A DNA stretch of 63,508 nucleotides, filler included. It is 6 parts of 6 records of this genome, joined end to end, with 100 filler letters (N's around TTAATTAATTAA, not from the genome) between each part and the next. Parts side by side here need not be neighbours in the genome. Positions count along the whole stretch, not along the records: positions 51,946 to 58,383 come from DRR378314_62; positions 58,484 to 63,508 come from DRR378314_124; 4 more parts are not named here. One strand, 5' to 3'. Below, in pieces: positions 54,292-63,508 of the stretch. How positions within the stretch are numbered: position 1 is the first letter of the stretch; every line of letters begins with the position of its first letter. Both the position numbers and the translations under genes were made by a program. The notes under the pieces were generated by a model. The model was given only the letters and a program-made list of their open reading frames with translations. It was not told the DNA's origin and made no database searches.

Positions 54292-54645
54292 TTAACGTAG
54301 TGTTGGCCCTACTGAATCGGCCAGAACTTCAGTCACCGGATCAATGGCAAGCGCCTTGGCTCCCACCTGTTCAATCATGGTGCCGGTTTCAAGTTTCGCC
54401 AGCCGCTCGTTGTAGGTGATCGGTCCTACGGCGATCAAAGCCACCGCTTTGAAAGCGATCAGCCCCGCCACAGCAAGAACAACCAGTTTGATCGGTCCAC
54501 CGCCCCGCACGGGCCGGCGTTTTGGCTTCACAACAATCAGGCCATCTTTGCCAACTTTGGTCGTGTAGCCATGAGTCATTTTCTGATGCTTTTGACCAAG
54601 CGCTGTCAGGCGATTTACAAAGTGGTCGTGGTTCTCAACCCGCAT
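54292..54645 (-). CDS. Hypothetical single-TM protein
   Basis: 117-aa ORF with a GAGAG RBS-like element, a DGLIV segment and one TM helix. Confidence 0.7.
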   Translation of the reverse strand: MRVENHDHFVNRLTALGQKHQKMTHGYTTKVGKDGLIVVKPKRRPVRGGGPIKLVVLAVAGLIAFKAVALIAVGPITYNERLAKLETGTMIEQVGAKALAIDPVTEVLADSVGPTLR

Positions 54646-54758
54646 GGTAGCAGTCTCTCATTTAACAAACGGCCCCCACCGCTGTTAAGAAACTATTAGC
54701 CAAAGAATGTGGCGAAATCTGGGCAACTGCCTCAAATAGACCTTAAAACCCCTTCAAT

Positions 54759-55631
54759 TTAGGTCATTTTTTGAAGCGTTAGCGTCGTCCAGTCAACAAT
54801 GCTTTCCCTGTGCATAAGATTGACGCCGGATCGTGCATAAACCTCAATCACCTCATCCGCCTGTTCATTCAAAATGCCGGAAAGAATCGCATAGCCGCCC
54901 GGTTGCAGGGAATCCGCCATATCCGGGGCCAATGCGATTAACGGACCTTTAAGGATGTTGGCGAAGACCAGATCAAAAGGGGCCGCCGCAGCAAGGTCAG
55001 CGTGATCAAAGCCTGCGGCCTCGACACAGGTGACCCGCCCGTCCAGCCCATTCGCCGTGACGTTGGCCTTCGCGACGTCCACAGCCACCTCATCAATATC
55101 GCTGGCCAGCACGGTTTCTGGCCAGATCCGCGCGGCAGCCATTGCCAGAACGGCGGTGCCACACCCCACATCGACAACATTCTTGCCCGCAAACCCATCT
55201 GTCGCGAGCCGGTCCAATGCCCGCAAGCAGCCCAGCGTTGTGCCGTGATGTCCGGTGCCGAATGCCATCGCGGCCTCAATCAGCAAGGGTTCGCAATTCT
55301 CGGGCACCTTATCCGCGTCATGGGAACCATAGACAAAGAAACGCCCGGCCTCGACCGGTGCCAGTTCGCGTCGCACATGGGCCACCCAATCGGTTTCAGG
55401 CAGCTCGGACACAACAAAGGGTTTTGCCCCCATCGCCGCCGCCAGCACGGCCAAGGCCGTTTCATCAGGCGTTTCCTCAAAATAGCCGCCAACCTCCCAC
55501 AGGCCGGAACCATCTTCCATTTCAAAGACGCCCACGCCAGTGGGTTCCGGCGTCAGCCGCTCCATCGCCTCGCCCAGCGCATAGGCAGGCGCGCGTCCCT
55601 CAAGTGTGGTGAGTGCGGTGAATGTGGCCAT
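54759..55631 (-). CDS. prmA: Ribosomal protein L11 methyltransferase
   Basis: Motifs AMAFGTGHHGTT, DVGCGT, FANIL and ILSGIL. Confidence 0.94.
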   Translation of the reverse strand: MATFTALTTLEGRAPAYALGEAMERLTPEPTGVGVFEMEDGSGLWEVGGYFEETPDETALAVLAAAMGAKPFVVSELPETDWVAHVRRELAPVEAGRFFVYGSHDADKVPENCEPLLIEAAMAFGTGHHGTTLGCLRALDRLATDGFAGKNVVDVGCGTAVLAMAAARIWPETVLASDIDEVAVDVAKANVTANGLDGRVTCVEAAGFDHADLAAAAPFDLVFANILKGPLIALAPDMADSLQPGGYAILSGILNEQADEVIEVYARSGVNLMHRESIVDWTTLTLQKMT

Positions 55632-57022
55632 TATCTTCTCCGGTGTTTGTCTGGGTTCGGGTAGGCGCGTGACGGGACCGGGTCAAGGGCTTGCCCGTCC
55701 GGGCTGCGCAGCCCTTTGACATAGAACCAGCCCCAGGTTGCCGCGATCATACCCATCACCCCGCCGGCAAGTGCCTGCCCATAGATCACCCCGGTCGCCC
55801 CGAACGCCCCGGTCAGGGCCGCCGCCGCAGGGTAACTCAGCACGCCATCCTTGATCCAGTTCACCAGCGTAGAGCGTGCGGGCTTTCCCAGATTGTTGAA
55901 AGCAGCATTGGACACAAACAGCGCGCCGATGAAAACAAACCCGCCCACGCCAATCAATGTGAAAGATTGCAGCACCTCGACTCCCACTCCTGTCAAACCG
56001 AAGGCCGCGATGACATAGGGTGTTGCCAATAGCATCAGCGCCCAGGCGACAAGCGTATAGACAAGGCAAAAGATCAGCGCGTCACGATAGGTGCTGCGCA
56101 CCCGCGCCATCTGCCCCGCGCCATAGTTCTGCCCAAAGATCCCGCCAATCGCGCCGGATAGGGCAAATACCCCGCCAAAGACCACAACCGTCAGCCGCCC
56201 GATCACCGCCCATGCCGCCATTGCCGCATCACCATATTGCGCCATCACCATGGTCAGCAGGTAATTCCCCGCCGGTGTCGACATCTGTGTGGCAATCGCC
56301 GGCCCCGCAACAACCATGAACGGCCCCGCAATATTGCGCAGCGTGCGCGCAGTGGGCCGGTCCACCAGCTTCATCTGGATCACCGCGAAATACACCGCCA
56401 GCGCCAGCAGGCAAAGGCGGAATAACACCAGACCAATCGCCGCCCCATCCAGCTTCCAGCCCAGCCAGAAGATCAGAACCGGGTCAATCAGCATCAACAC
56501 CACACCGGCAAACAATGTGACATACATTGCCTTCGCCCCATAGCCATCAGCACGCAGCGCGCCTGACAAAACAAGGGCCGCCGACATCGGGATCAGCGAG
56601 GGGATGGTGAAGGCCAGATAGCGTGCCGCCAGCCGGGCGGTGTCCCCCTCGGCCCCGGCCATCCCAACCAGCTGATGTCGAAATCCGACGATCAAGGCCG
56701 TCACGCCTGCAAGGATGCAGGCCGAAATCACCACACCCGCCCCTGCCTGCCGCCGCGCCTGATCCCGGTTGCCCATCCCGATGCTGCGCGAAATCACCGC
56801 CGTTGCGGCAATCATCAACCCCACCGCAACCGAGACTGAAAAGAACTGTACCGCATAGGCAAAGCCAATCGCCGCCACCAGTTGCGGATCACCCAGCTGG
56901 CTGATCCAGAACAGGTTCGCCGCATCCACCAAAAACACAAAAGTGATGCCCATGGCACCCGTCGCCGTCATGCGCACCACATGACCCATGGTGCCCCCGG
57001 TCAGAAAGCGCCCCGGCCCCAT
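55631..57022 (-). CDS. MATE family efflux transporter
   Basis: About 12 TM segments; motifs VD..FWISQLG, LRADG, DPVLIF and GQNYGAG; start uncertain. Confidence 0.9.
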   Translation of the reverse strand: MGPGRFLTGGTMGHVVRMTATGAMGITFVFLVDAANLFWISQLGDPQLVAAIGFAYAVQFFSVSVAVGLMIAATAVISRSIGMGNRDQARRQAGAGVVISACILAGVTALIVGFRHQLVGMAGAEGDTARLAARYLAFTIPSLIPMSAALVLSGALRADGYGAKAMYVTLFAGVVLMLIDPVLIFWLGWKLDGAAIGLVLFRLCLLALAVYFAVIQMKLVDRPTARTLRNIAGPFMVVAGPAIATQMSTPAGNYLLTMVMAQYGDAAMAAWAVIGRLTVVVFGGVFALSGAIGGIFGQNYGAGQMARVRSTYRDALIFCLVYTLVAWALMLLATPYVIAAFGLTGVGVEVLQSFTLIGVGGFVFIGALFVSNAAFNNLGKPARSTLVNWIKDGVLSYPAAAALTGAFGATGVIYGQALAGGVMGMIAATWGWFYVKGLRSPDGQALDPVPSRAYPNPDKHRRR

Positions 57023-57023
57023 G

Positions 57024-58256
57024 TTACTCGGCTGCCTGCGCAAGCCCGGCGCTGAAGATCGTTTCATTACCCCGTGTGGGGTGACGCGGAATCAACATCG
57101 CAAGAGCAAAAGACACTGCCGCCATGCCTGCCGCCAGAAAAAACACCGCAGCGGGTGAGATCAGCCATAGCAGCCCCAGCCCCACAGGCAGGAACACCGC
57201 CGCAATGTGATTGATGGTAAAGGCCACTGCCGCAGTGGGCGCGATATCCGCCGGATCGGCAATCTTCTGGAAATAGGTTTTCTGCGCCATGGCCAGACCA
57301 AAGAACAAATGGTCCAGCACGTATAAAGTTGCCGCAACCATGACGCCCCACCCCAGATAATAAACCCCGCCATAGCTCAGAAACACCAGGATCAGCCCGA
57401 TATATTCAAACCCCAGCGTGCGCCTTTCGCCAAAATAACCCACCGCTCGGCCCAGCAGCGGGGCAAACAGAATGTTGGCAACAAGGTTGATCAGATAAAG
57501 CGTGGTGATTTCATGCACGTCATAGCCGAATTTCTCGACCATCATGAAACCTGCAAAAACCATGAATATCTGACGCCGCGCACCGCCCATGAACTGCAAG
57601 GCATAATACAGCCAGTACCGGCGGCGCAGGATCATCTTCTTGTGCTGCGGTGTCGGGGCCTCGAACTGCGGGTAGGCCAGCATCGCAAACACCGCGATCA
57701 CCACGGTCAGACCGCCCCCCACCATATAGACAATATTATAGGACAGATTCAGCGTGTCCCAAAGCGCCATAATCGCCAGATAAGCAATCAGGGTCGCAAA
57801 GGACCCCACCGCCATCAACCAGCCCAGCATGCGCGGGGCATCTTCAATCTTCAGCCACTGCAATTGCAACGACTGGTTCACAGTCTCGTAATAATGAAAC
57901 CCGATCGAGCTCAACATGGTCAGCGTCAGGATTCCGCCCATCGAGGGAAACCACGCCGTCACGGCAGTTGCCGCCCCAAGCAGGATCAGCGCCACCATCC
58001 CCAAAACCTGTTCGCGCACGAACAGGATGATCGCAATCACCCCAACGGCCAGAAACCCCGGAATCTCGCGTATCGTATGCAACAACCCGATGTCCGCGCC
58101 ATCAAAACCCGCAACCTCAATCACAAAGTTGTTCAGCAGAGCAGCCCAGGTGTTAAAGGCAATTGGCATCGCCAAAGCCATAAGAAACAACAGTGAAACA
58201 GGCCTGCGCCAAAACGGCAGGGACTTGGCATCTTCGAGGGTGATATATTGTGTCAT
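57024..58256 (-). CDS. MFS transporter
   Basis: About 12 TM segments; motifs REIPGF, GARRQIF and TINHIAAV. Confidence 0.88.
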   Translation of the reverse strand: MTQYITLEDAKSLPFWRRPVSLLFLMALAMPIAFNTWAALLNNFVIEVAGFDGADIGLLHTIREIPGFLAVGVIAIILFVREQVLGMVALILLGAATAVTAWFPSMGGILTLTMLSSIGFHYYETVNQSLQLQWLKIEDAPRMLGWLMAVGSFATLIAYLAIMALWDTLNLSYNIVYMVGGGLTVVIAVFAMLAYPQFEAPTPQHKKMILRRRYWLYYALQFMGGARRQIFMVFAGFMMVEKFGYDVHEITTLYLINLVANILFAPLLGRAVGYFGERRTLGFEYIGLILVFLSYGGVYYLGWGVMVAATLYVLDHLFFGLAMAQKTYFQKIADPADIAPTAAVAFTINHIAAVFLPVGLGLLWLISPAAVFFLAAGMAAVSFALAMLIPRHPTRGNETIFSAGLAQAAE

Positions 58257-58383
58257 CCCTCACCCTTACGCCCGCCCCAAGGGAAAGACGAGATGAAAAC
58301 CACATCCGCCCTCCCCGCCTTGCGCCACGCCGGCCCCAAGCACAGCATCAGCTGCCCCCTCTTTTTGGCCTTATATACTGTCC

Positions 58384-58483
58384 NNNNNNNNNNNNNNNNN
58401 NNNNNNNNNNNNNNNNNNNNNNNNNNNTTAATTAATTAANNNNNNNNNNNNNNNNNNNNNNNNNNNNNNNNNNNNNNNNNNNN
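58384..58483. other. Artificial contig linker
   Basis: N44-TTAATTAATTAA-N44. Confidence 0.99.
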
Positions 58484-60344
58484 CATGTCCTTCTCACGGT
58501 CGAAACTTTTCTGTACTTGTTCTGATGGTTCTACCGCAGAGTCGCTGGTGGAGGAACTCTGTCAGTGCATTCGAGCGCGCGATATCCGCCTCCGAGCGCT
58601 CAGCGCCACATGTTTGCGGCATCTGATGCACAAAAACCAAAAGGTACATTCCCTCCGCGTTCACACACAAACAGGCTTTACATGCGACCTCTCTCTATAT
58701 ATACTATTTCCGAGAGTTAATTGCAGAGGATCAGGACTCAACTGCTCATGACGTGCGACACATGGAAAAAGACGACGGATAGACGAGGATCGCAGATTCC
58801 CGAGGAAGCACCAGGACCAAGTATTGTCATGTTGTTGTTCTCGCAGTGCGTCGCGCAGTGGGTCAATGAACATCGTCGTTCAATTTGTATGTTTGTGATT
58901 CTCTCGCTTTGCATTCTGTAGGCTGTTGGAGTTGTTCGATCGCTTGAGGGCGCGAACCGAATCCGCGAAGCGGAGCGACTCGTCACCAGAGGTTCGTCTC
59001 ACTCGATTTGGGGGATATTTCCTCGCAACCGCCACGCACTACTCGAGGCGTAATGCACATTTTCCTCCTTCACACACTCATATTTGTAAAAGAATGGACT
59101 AGCAGTTGCGACTATTGGTGCTTCAGTACCTGGCACTTTATGAAAGCGCTGTACTTGTTGCGAAAAAGAATGGCATACCCTGATGATGCAGAAGAAGAAG
59201 TGCACTTTTTGGCGATTTCTGCTCCGTGCTGCGTTCTACCAGCATCCGCCTAACAAGTATCTTCTGGAACGCAATGCGCCCTCGACTCGCGCTACTTTAG
59301 AATTCGGAGCTTATCTCGAAAAAGACTGGAGTGAGGAAGTTGCTTCTGGAAGCAAGATTTACTTCACGCGGCTCTTTCCTCCGCCTTTGCTCAGGGAACT
59401 CGACGCGAAATCGGTATGTTGATTACGTCTACGAGGAAAAAGATGGGCACTCGGAGCGCCACATTTCCGCACAAATGTATCGGGAAAGTCGTACCGGTGC
59501 TCGCATAAGTTTCTGCCTCCTCCATTGCTCCTATCTGACGTTCTATAACCTCGGCGTACACGGGAATTTCGGTTCGGGGTGCGCTTGCAGATCGCACAGT
59601 GCGCAGCCGTCGCGCGACGCGAGTTGCAAATCGCGTGGGAAACGCTGCAGCGCGAGCGCTATCCACTCGAGACAGGCTACAATACTGCTCCCGATCCGTT
59701 TATTGAACGCCTGGGTCACTAATGAATGTAAACGAGTACACTTGCGCTTCGATCGACGTTCAGCATCTCGAGTGCGAAGCGACAGTCCATTGCTTAGCTG
59801 TTCAGAGCGCGTTGCACTGTGGACGAGAGAGTGCGCCAAGAGCCGGAAACTGCGCGCGCGGATCGCAGCAACAGTGGCGCGCGCCGTCTATCAACGCCCA
59901 CCTCCTTCTGTCTACTGAACACGATACAGATACCTCTTCTCTAACCTATCGCGTGTGTTGCAGTAACCGTGTGTGAGGAGCTTGTAATTCGGACGAGGCA
60001 AAGTGGAGGATGTGCGGGTGTGCTGTAGCTTCCTGGTACGGGTTGTTGTCGCGAAACTCACTCCATTTCCGCAGCTTCTGACCAACGAATCGCTTACAGA
60101 TACAAACCTTCGCAGCGGTTCATGATCAGCAACAGGAGACACACGTAACGTTCACAGAGCGGTTTATTCTTCGTACTTCTGTCCAGCTCCCTTCCACACA
60201 GAATAAAACACCCGCTTTCATGCAGTGTCGCTCGCCAGCAAGCTTCGCCAGTCCCTCCAACCAACCGCGCGCGGCGACGATCAAGTAAATCAAGCAAATG
60301 CGCAGGGTGTCTCGCGTACAGACACGGCTCGATATCACTTCTCT

Positions 60345-61997
60345 TCATACCAAGGACCATTCAAACATAACTGGAGTGTGGTCGGAGGCGTTTGTCGCCA
60401 CAAACGCGTTGCGCTGGCCGACGTCAACCCTTTCTTCGTCAGTTGTCCGCAAGTAGTACTGGTCGAACGCGCGCTCGAGACTGCGGTGCTGCTGCGGCAT
60501 GCTGTACGCAAACGCAGCGGCGGCTCGTGCGCTGCCGGAGGGTGAGACAACGACCGCCCAATCCAAGGCCTTTTGGATACTTCCTTCTTTGGTCTTGTCA
60601 CTCCGTACTCGGCAGCGGCGCTCCTCCGTATCAGCAGCGGCGTTTGCCGGATCCTCGTCAGCGCCGCTGTTCGGGCTGCGTGGCGAGCTGAAACGCAGCG
60701 GCGAGCTGCAACCGTCGCCGTACCGCTCATCATCGAAGACATTGCGCAGGCACAGGCCGGATTCGTCGCTAAACTGGTTAGCAAGGAAATTCATATCTCC
60801 GCAGAAGAAGACAGGGATCCCGTGCTGCACGGCGTAGAGCTCAAGCGCGTGAATCACTGCCCCGAACGCCACATCAAGCGCAACTTGCGCACCGCGCAGC
60901 ATACTCTTTTTTGTTGGAAAATGGATGTTGACCAGAAGAAAGGACCTGCCAAGATTTCGATCGGTCATGCGACAGCAAAGACATCTCTCGTTTATCACAG
61001 TAACAGCGGCTTTGCGTCGCTCATCAAACCGTCTGAACCAGCGCCGAATATCGTGAGCAGGAATGTCGTCTTCGGTTGCTCCAGCGGGTGTGTTGGGAGC
61101 TTTCTCGAGCGACGCTGCAACGTCGTCGACAACAGTGCAGTCGAACCGCGGCGAGTACAGTACTCCCAGATAGCTGCCTGTTCTGCGGTCGCCTCCTTCC
61201 TCCTGCTTGCTCTCAACTTTCATCGGCTGGTCGCCAATTTTCTTTTCCTCTCGTACTCTGTTAACACGAGTGAGCAAAGACGTATCGGCCTGATTTCTCC
61301 CTTTCTTGCGCAGGGTGTGCGCAAAAACGCCGGCCGCTCCAGCCTCTTGCACGCAGATGATGTCAGCTGCCGCCAAGTTTTCGACGAGGCGCTGCGGAAG
61401 GCGAGCCGGCTTCGCCTGCGTTGCAACTGGACTGGATTTCACCTCGGGAACACCATCAAGCAATGTGCCTTGCGTATACGATTTCCATACGCTCGGGTGC
61501 TGGTCGGAAAGTACCGCATAGCTGACGCCAGGCTTGTTCACACCACCGATGTTAAACGAGGCGATGAGCACACTGTCATCTCGAAGCTGCAGCGCTGCGA
61601 GCTCTTTCTGCAACTCGTCGGCGTCGGCGTCTGCCGCGTGTTTACGCTCCTGGCGTATCGATTCAGGCAAAGGAGATCCATCTTGTACTTTGCCAAAATC
61701 TCCATCGAGATTTCTTCTCGTTGACACTCGCGGTGAATGAGGAGTCGGCGAAGAACGCAATCGTTCACTGGCGGCACTCGCGTCGATGGCCGCATCTTCC
61801 GCCCGCGCAGTGTCCGCTTGGGACAAAACGGGAGTCTCGATCTCGCCGCGCGCGCGCGCCGTTTTGCCACTTCCCCTTCGCTTAGGCTGCGCCCCGCCAA
61901 TAGATTGAAACTCTTTTTGCTCTACATCATTGTTGATGCGTTGTTCATCATGACGCGTAGCTTGGATCTCTTTCCCACTGGAGTTGGCGCTGCCCAT
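60345..61997 (-). CDS. Endonuclease/exonuclease/phosphatase (EEP) fold protein with a predicted N-myristoylation motif
   Basis: Motifs in order: IASFNI, DIICVQE, LVNIHF, FCGDMN, ALDW, ASDHTPV; N-terminus MGSANS fits MGxxxS. Confidence 0.8.
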   Translation of the reverse strand: MGSANSSGKEIQATRHDEQRINNDVEQKEFQSIGGAQPKRRGSGKTARARGEIETPVLSQADTARAEDAAIDASAASERLRSSPTPHSPRVSTRRNLDGDFGKVQDGSPLPESIRQERKHAADADADELQKELAALQLRDDSVLIASFNIGGVNKPGVSYAVLSDQHPSVWKSYTQGTLLDGVPEVKSSPVATQAKPARLPQRLVENLAAADIICVQEAGAAGVFAHTLRKKGRNQADTSLLTRVNRVREEKKIGDQPMKVESKQEEGGDRRTGSYLGVLYSPRFDCTVVDDVAASLEKAPNTPAGATEDDIPAHDIRRWFRRFDERRKAAVTVINERCLCCRMTDRNLGRSFLLVNIHFPTKKSMLRGAQVALDVAFGAVIHALELYAVQHGIPVFFCGDMNFLANQFSDESGLCLRNVFDDERYGDGCSSPLRFSSPRSPNSGADEDPANAAADTEERRCRVRSDKTKEGSIQKALDWAVVVSPSGSARAAAAFAYSMPQQHRSLERAFDQYYLRTTDEERVDVGQRNAFVATNASDHTPVMFEWSLV

Positions 61998-62675
61998 TCG
62001 CGGTTTCGTGCGGTCGGTCGGTCAGTCCCAACGAGCGGTGGCTCGGAGTGCTTCCCAGCTGCCTCGCGCGGCGCTCCCAGAGGCGGACGCGTGCGGGAAA
62101 TGAAAATCCCAAAACCCTCCGGTGAATTTCGTGACTTGCGGCGCGCTCGCGGCGGTGGCGGAGCGCCATTTCGAGCCTACACGCACGTCTGCTTGCTGGT
62201 TGACAAAGATCTGCTCGCTCCGTTTTCTTGGGTAGAAATATGGAATCGCTGATGGCACGACATGCCACCTCGTTTGTGACAATGTGCGTGGGCTTCGACC
62301 CGCGCTGGACGAGTGCGCAGTTTTGCTGCGATTTTTTAGCGTTGCAGCACAAGCGGGCCGCGAAACACCGTCGCCGCACGCTGGCGTTGGAACGTCCCGC
62401 TCTCCCACCTTGCAAAGGGCAACTCCCACCCACCGCTTTTGCAACATCAACCTACACCCCCCACTGAAAAATAAAACAGAGCAATGCTGTATCTACATAG
62501 TGCAAGGCACTGGTAATGAAGCTTCCCACCTCGCGTTGTTCCTCCAAGTATGGCGGCAAGGTGTAGGGTTCCTCTCGCTGCGAGCGTGCCAGCGTGGAGC
62601 GCTCCGCTACTCGTGCTCTCCCTGACGCTCGAAATCACTCCCTTGGATGGCAATTTATTTATCATCGATGTGGGG

Positions 62676-63422
62676 TTATGTCGCAGACACGCGCTCTCGC
62701 ACAAGAAGGCGCAAGCTCTTCGCTGACTTGGCGAGTGCTCGCGCGGAGTCTCGCCCGAGCGCGCCGTCAGCGCACAGTAGCACAGCTGTCGGGACGATCC
62801 AGTCCTGCGCGTTCGCCGCAGTGACGTGCACAGAGGCATCTCCGGTACTATCGTGTAGCGAGGAGCTATCGACATCCCCGTATATGGCGCGCAGGAGTGA
62901 TTGTCGCGCACGGTCAGCATTTGCGCCACTAACGGCGGCTACAATGCCAACGGCACGGTCGAAGAGTTTCAGATTGGTCACTCGCACGTTGATCATACGA
63001 TTCCCAAACACACAGCCTAACCCAATATGCGCGCCAGTGCTTATTACGTTGATGATAACCTGCCAAATCCACCAACCAAGCACGTCCAGAGGAATCAGGA
63101 TGTACATAAGACTTTGCAAGGGCTGGAATGTACCGCACGAAGATGTCAAGACCAGCGACAGAGACACACTTGCTACGACGCTCACAAGAATCATTCGCTC
63201 CCTTTGCTTCACAATAAACCTCACTCGAAGCCAAACGTAACACACGCTGTACGGAAGTTTATGCAACAAATCGGTGCTGTCCTTCGAGCAATACTAGCGT
63301 TGTCATGTTGAGTGAAGGTTTCACATTTGGCGTCGCAAACCTGACCTTGAATGCGAGTTCTTCAAGTATCGGCCAACAGTTCCGCCCCGAGAGCGACGAT
63401 TGCGGAAGAACAACATCTACGT
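62676..63422 (-). CDS. 3' exons (63422-63346 and 63059-62676) of a glucokinase regulatory protein / MurQ-like SIS-domain gene
   Basis: Spliced read ELAFK|VIINVISTGAHIGLGCVFGNRMINVRVTNLKLFDRA...SLLRAIY; GT-AG intron at 63345-63060. Confidence 0.75.
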
Positions 63423-63508
63423 CTGCGCTCAAAAATAGAAACGCAAGAGCGTCCGCGACAGCTAGGTAAGAGGCGGTGGGAGTGACAGCTACACGCACAT
63501 GTGTACTC

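Overview
The window is not one replicon. It is six unrelated contigs joined by artificial 100-nt linkers (N44-TTAATTAATTAA-N44), consistent with a mixed marine eukaryote plus bacteria assembly. (1) 1-24910, Halomonadaceae-like gammaproteobacterium: sfsA, aminotransferase, dksA, gluQ, cbrX-cbrA-cbrB, an unannotated sigma54-driven CrcZ-like sRNA, pcnB-folK-panBCD, phaA, MFS, and the metY-rimP-nusA-infB-rbfA-truB-rpsO-pnp cluster. (2) 25011-32676, Flavobacteriaceae-like: pdxA, yceD-rpmF-fabH-accB-accC, ribC, an SSS symporter and a TauE-family protein. (3) 32777-43793, Rhodobacteraceae-like accessory region: LysR, DmpA peptidase, Aap-type ABC transporter, a tandem-duplicated racemase, a SELENBP1-like gene with a membrane partner, and a nonsense-disrupted IS110/IS1111 element whose 3' non-coding region looks like a bridge/seekRNA with a guide matching its own flank. 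(4) 43894-51845, eukaryote: intron-containing crooked-neck gene and a spliced gene encoding an HTH domain plus about 1000 disordered residues. (5) 51946-58383, Rhodobacteraceae-like: ruvCAB, DUF1127, prmA, MATE, MFS. (6) 58484-63508, eukaryote: an N-myristoylated EEP-fold protein and the 3' exons of a GCKR-like gene. All taxonomic and family calls come from recognised protein motifs and synteny; no database searches were run.
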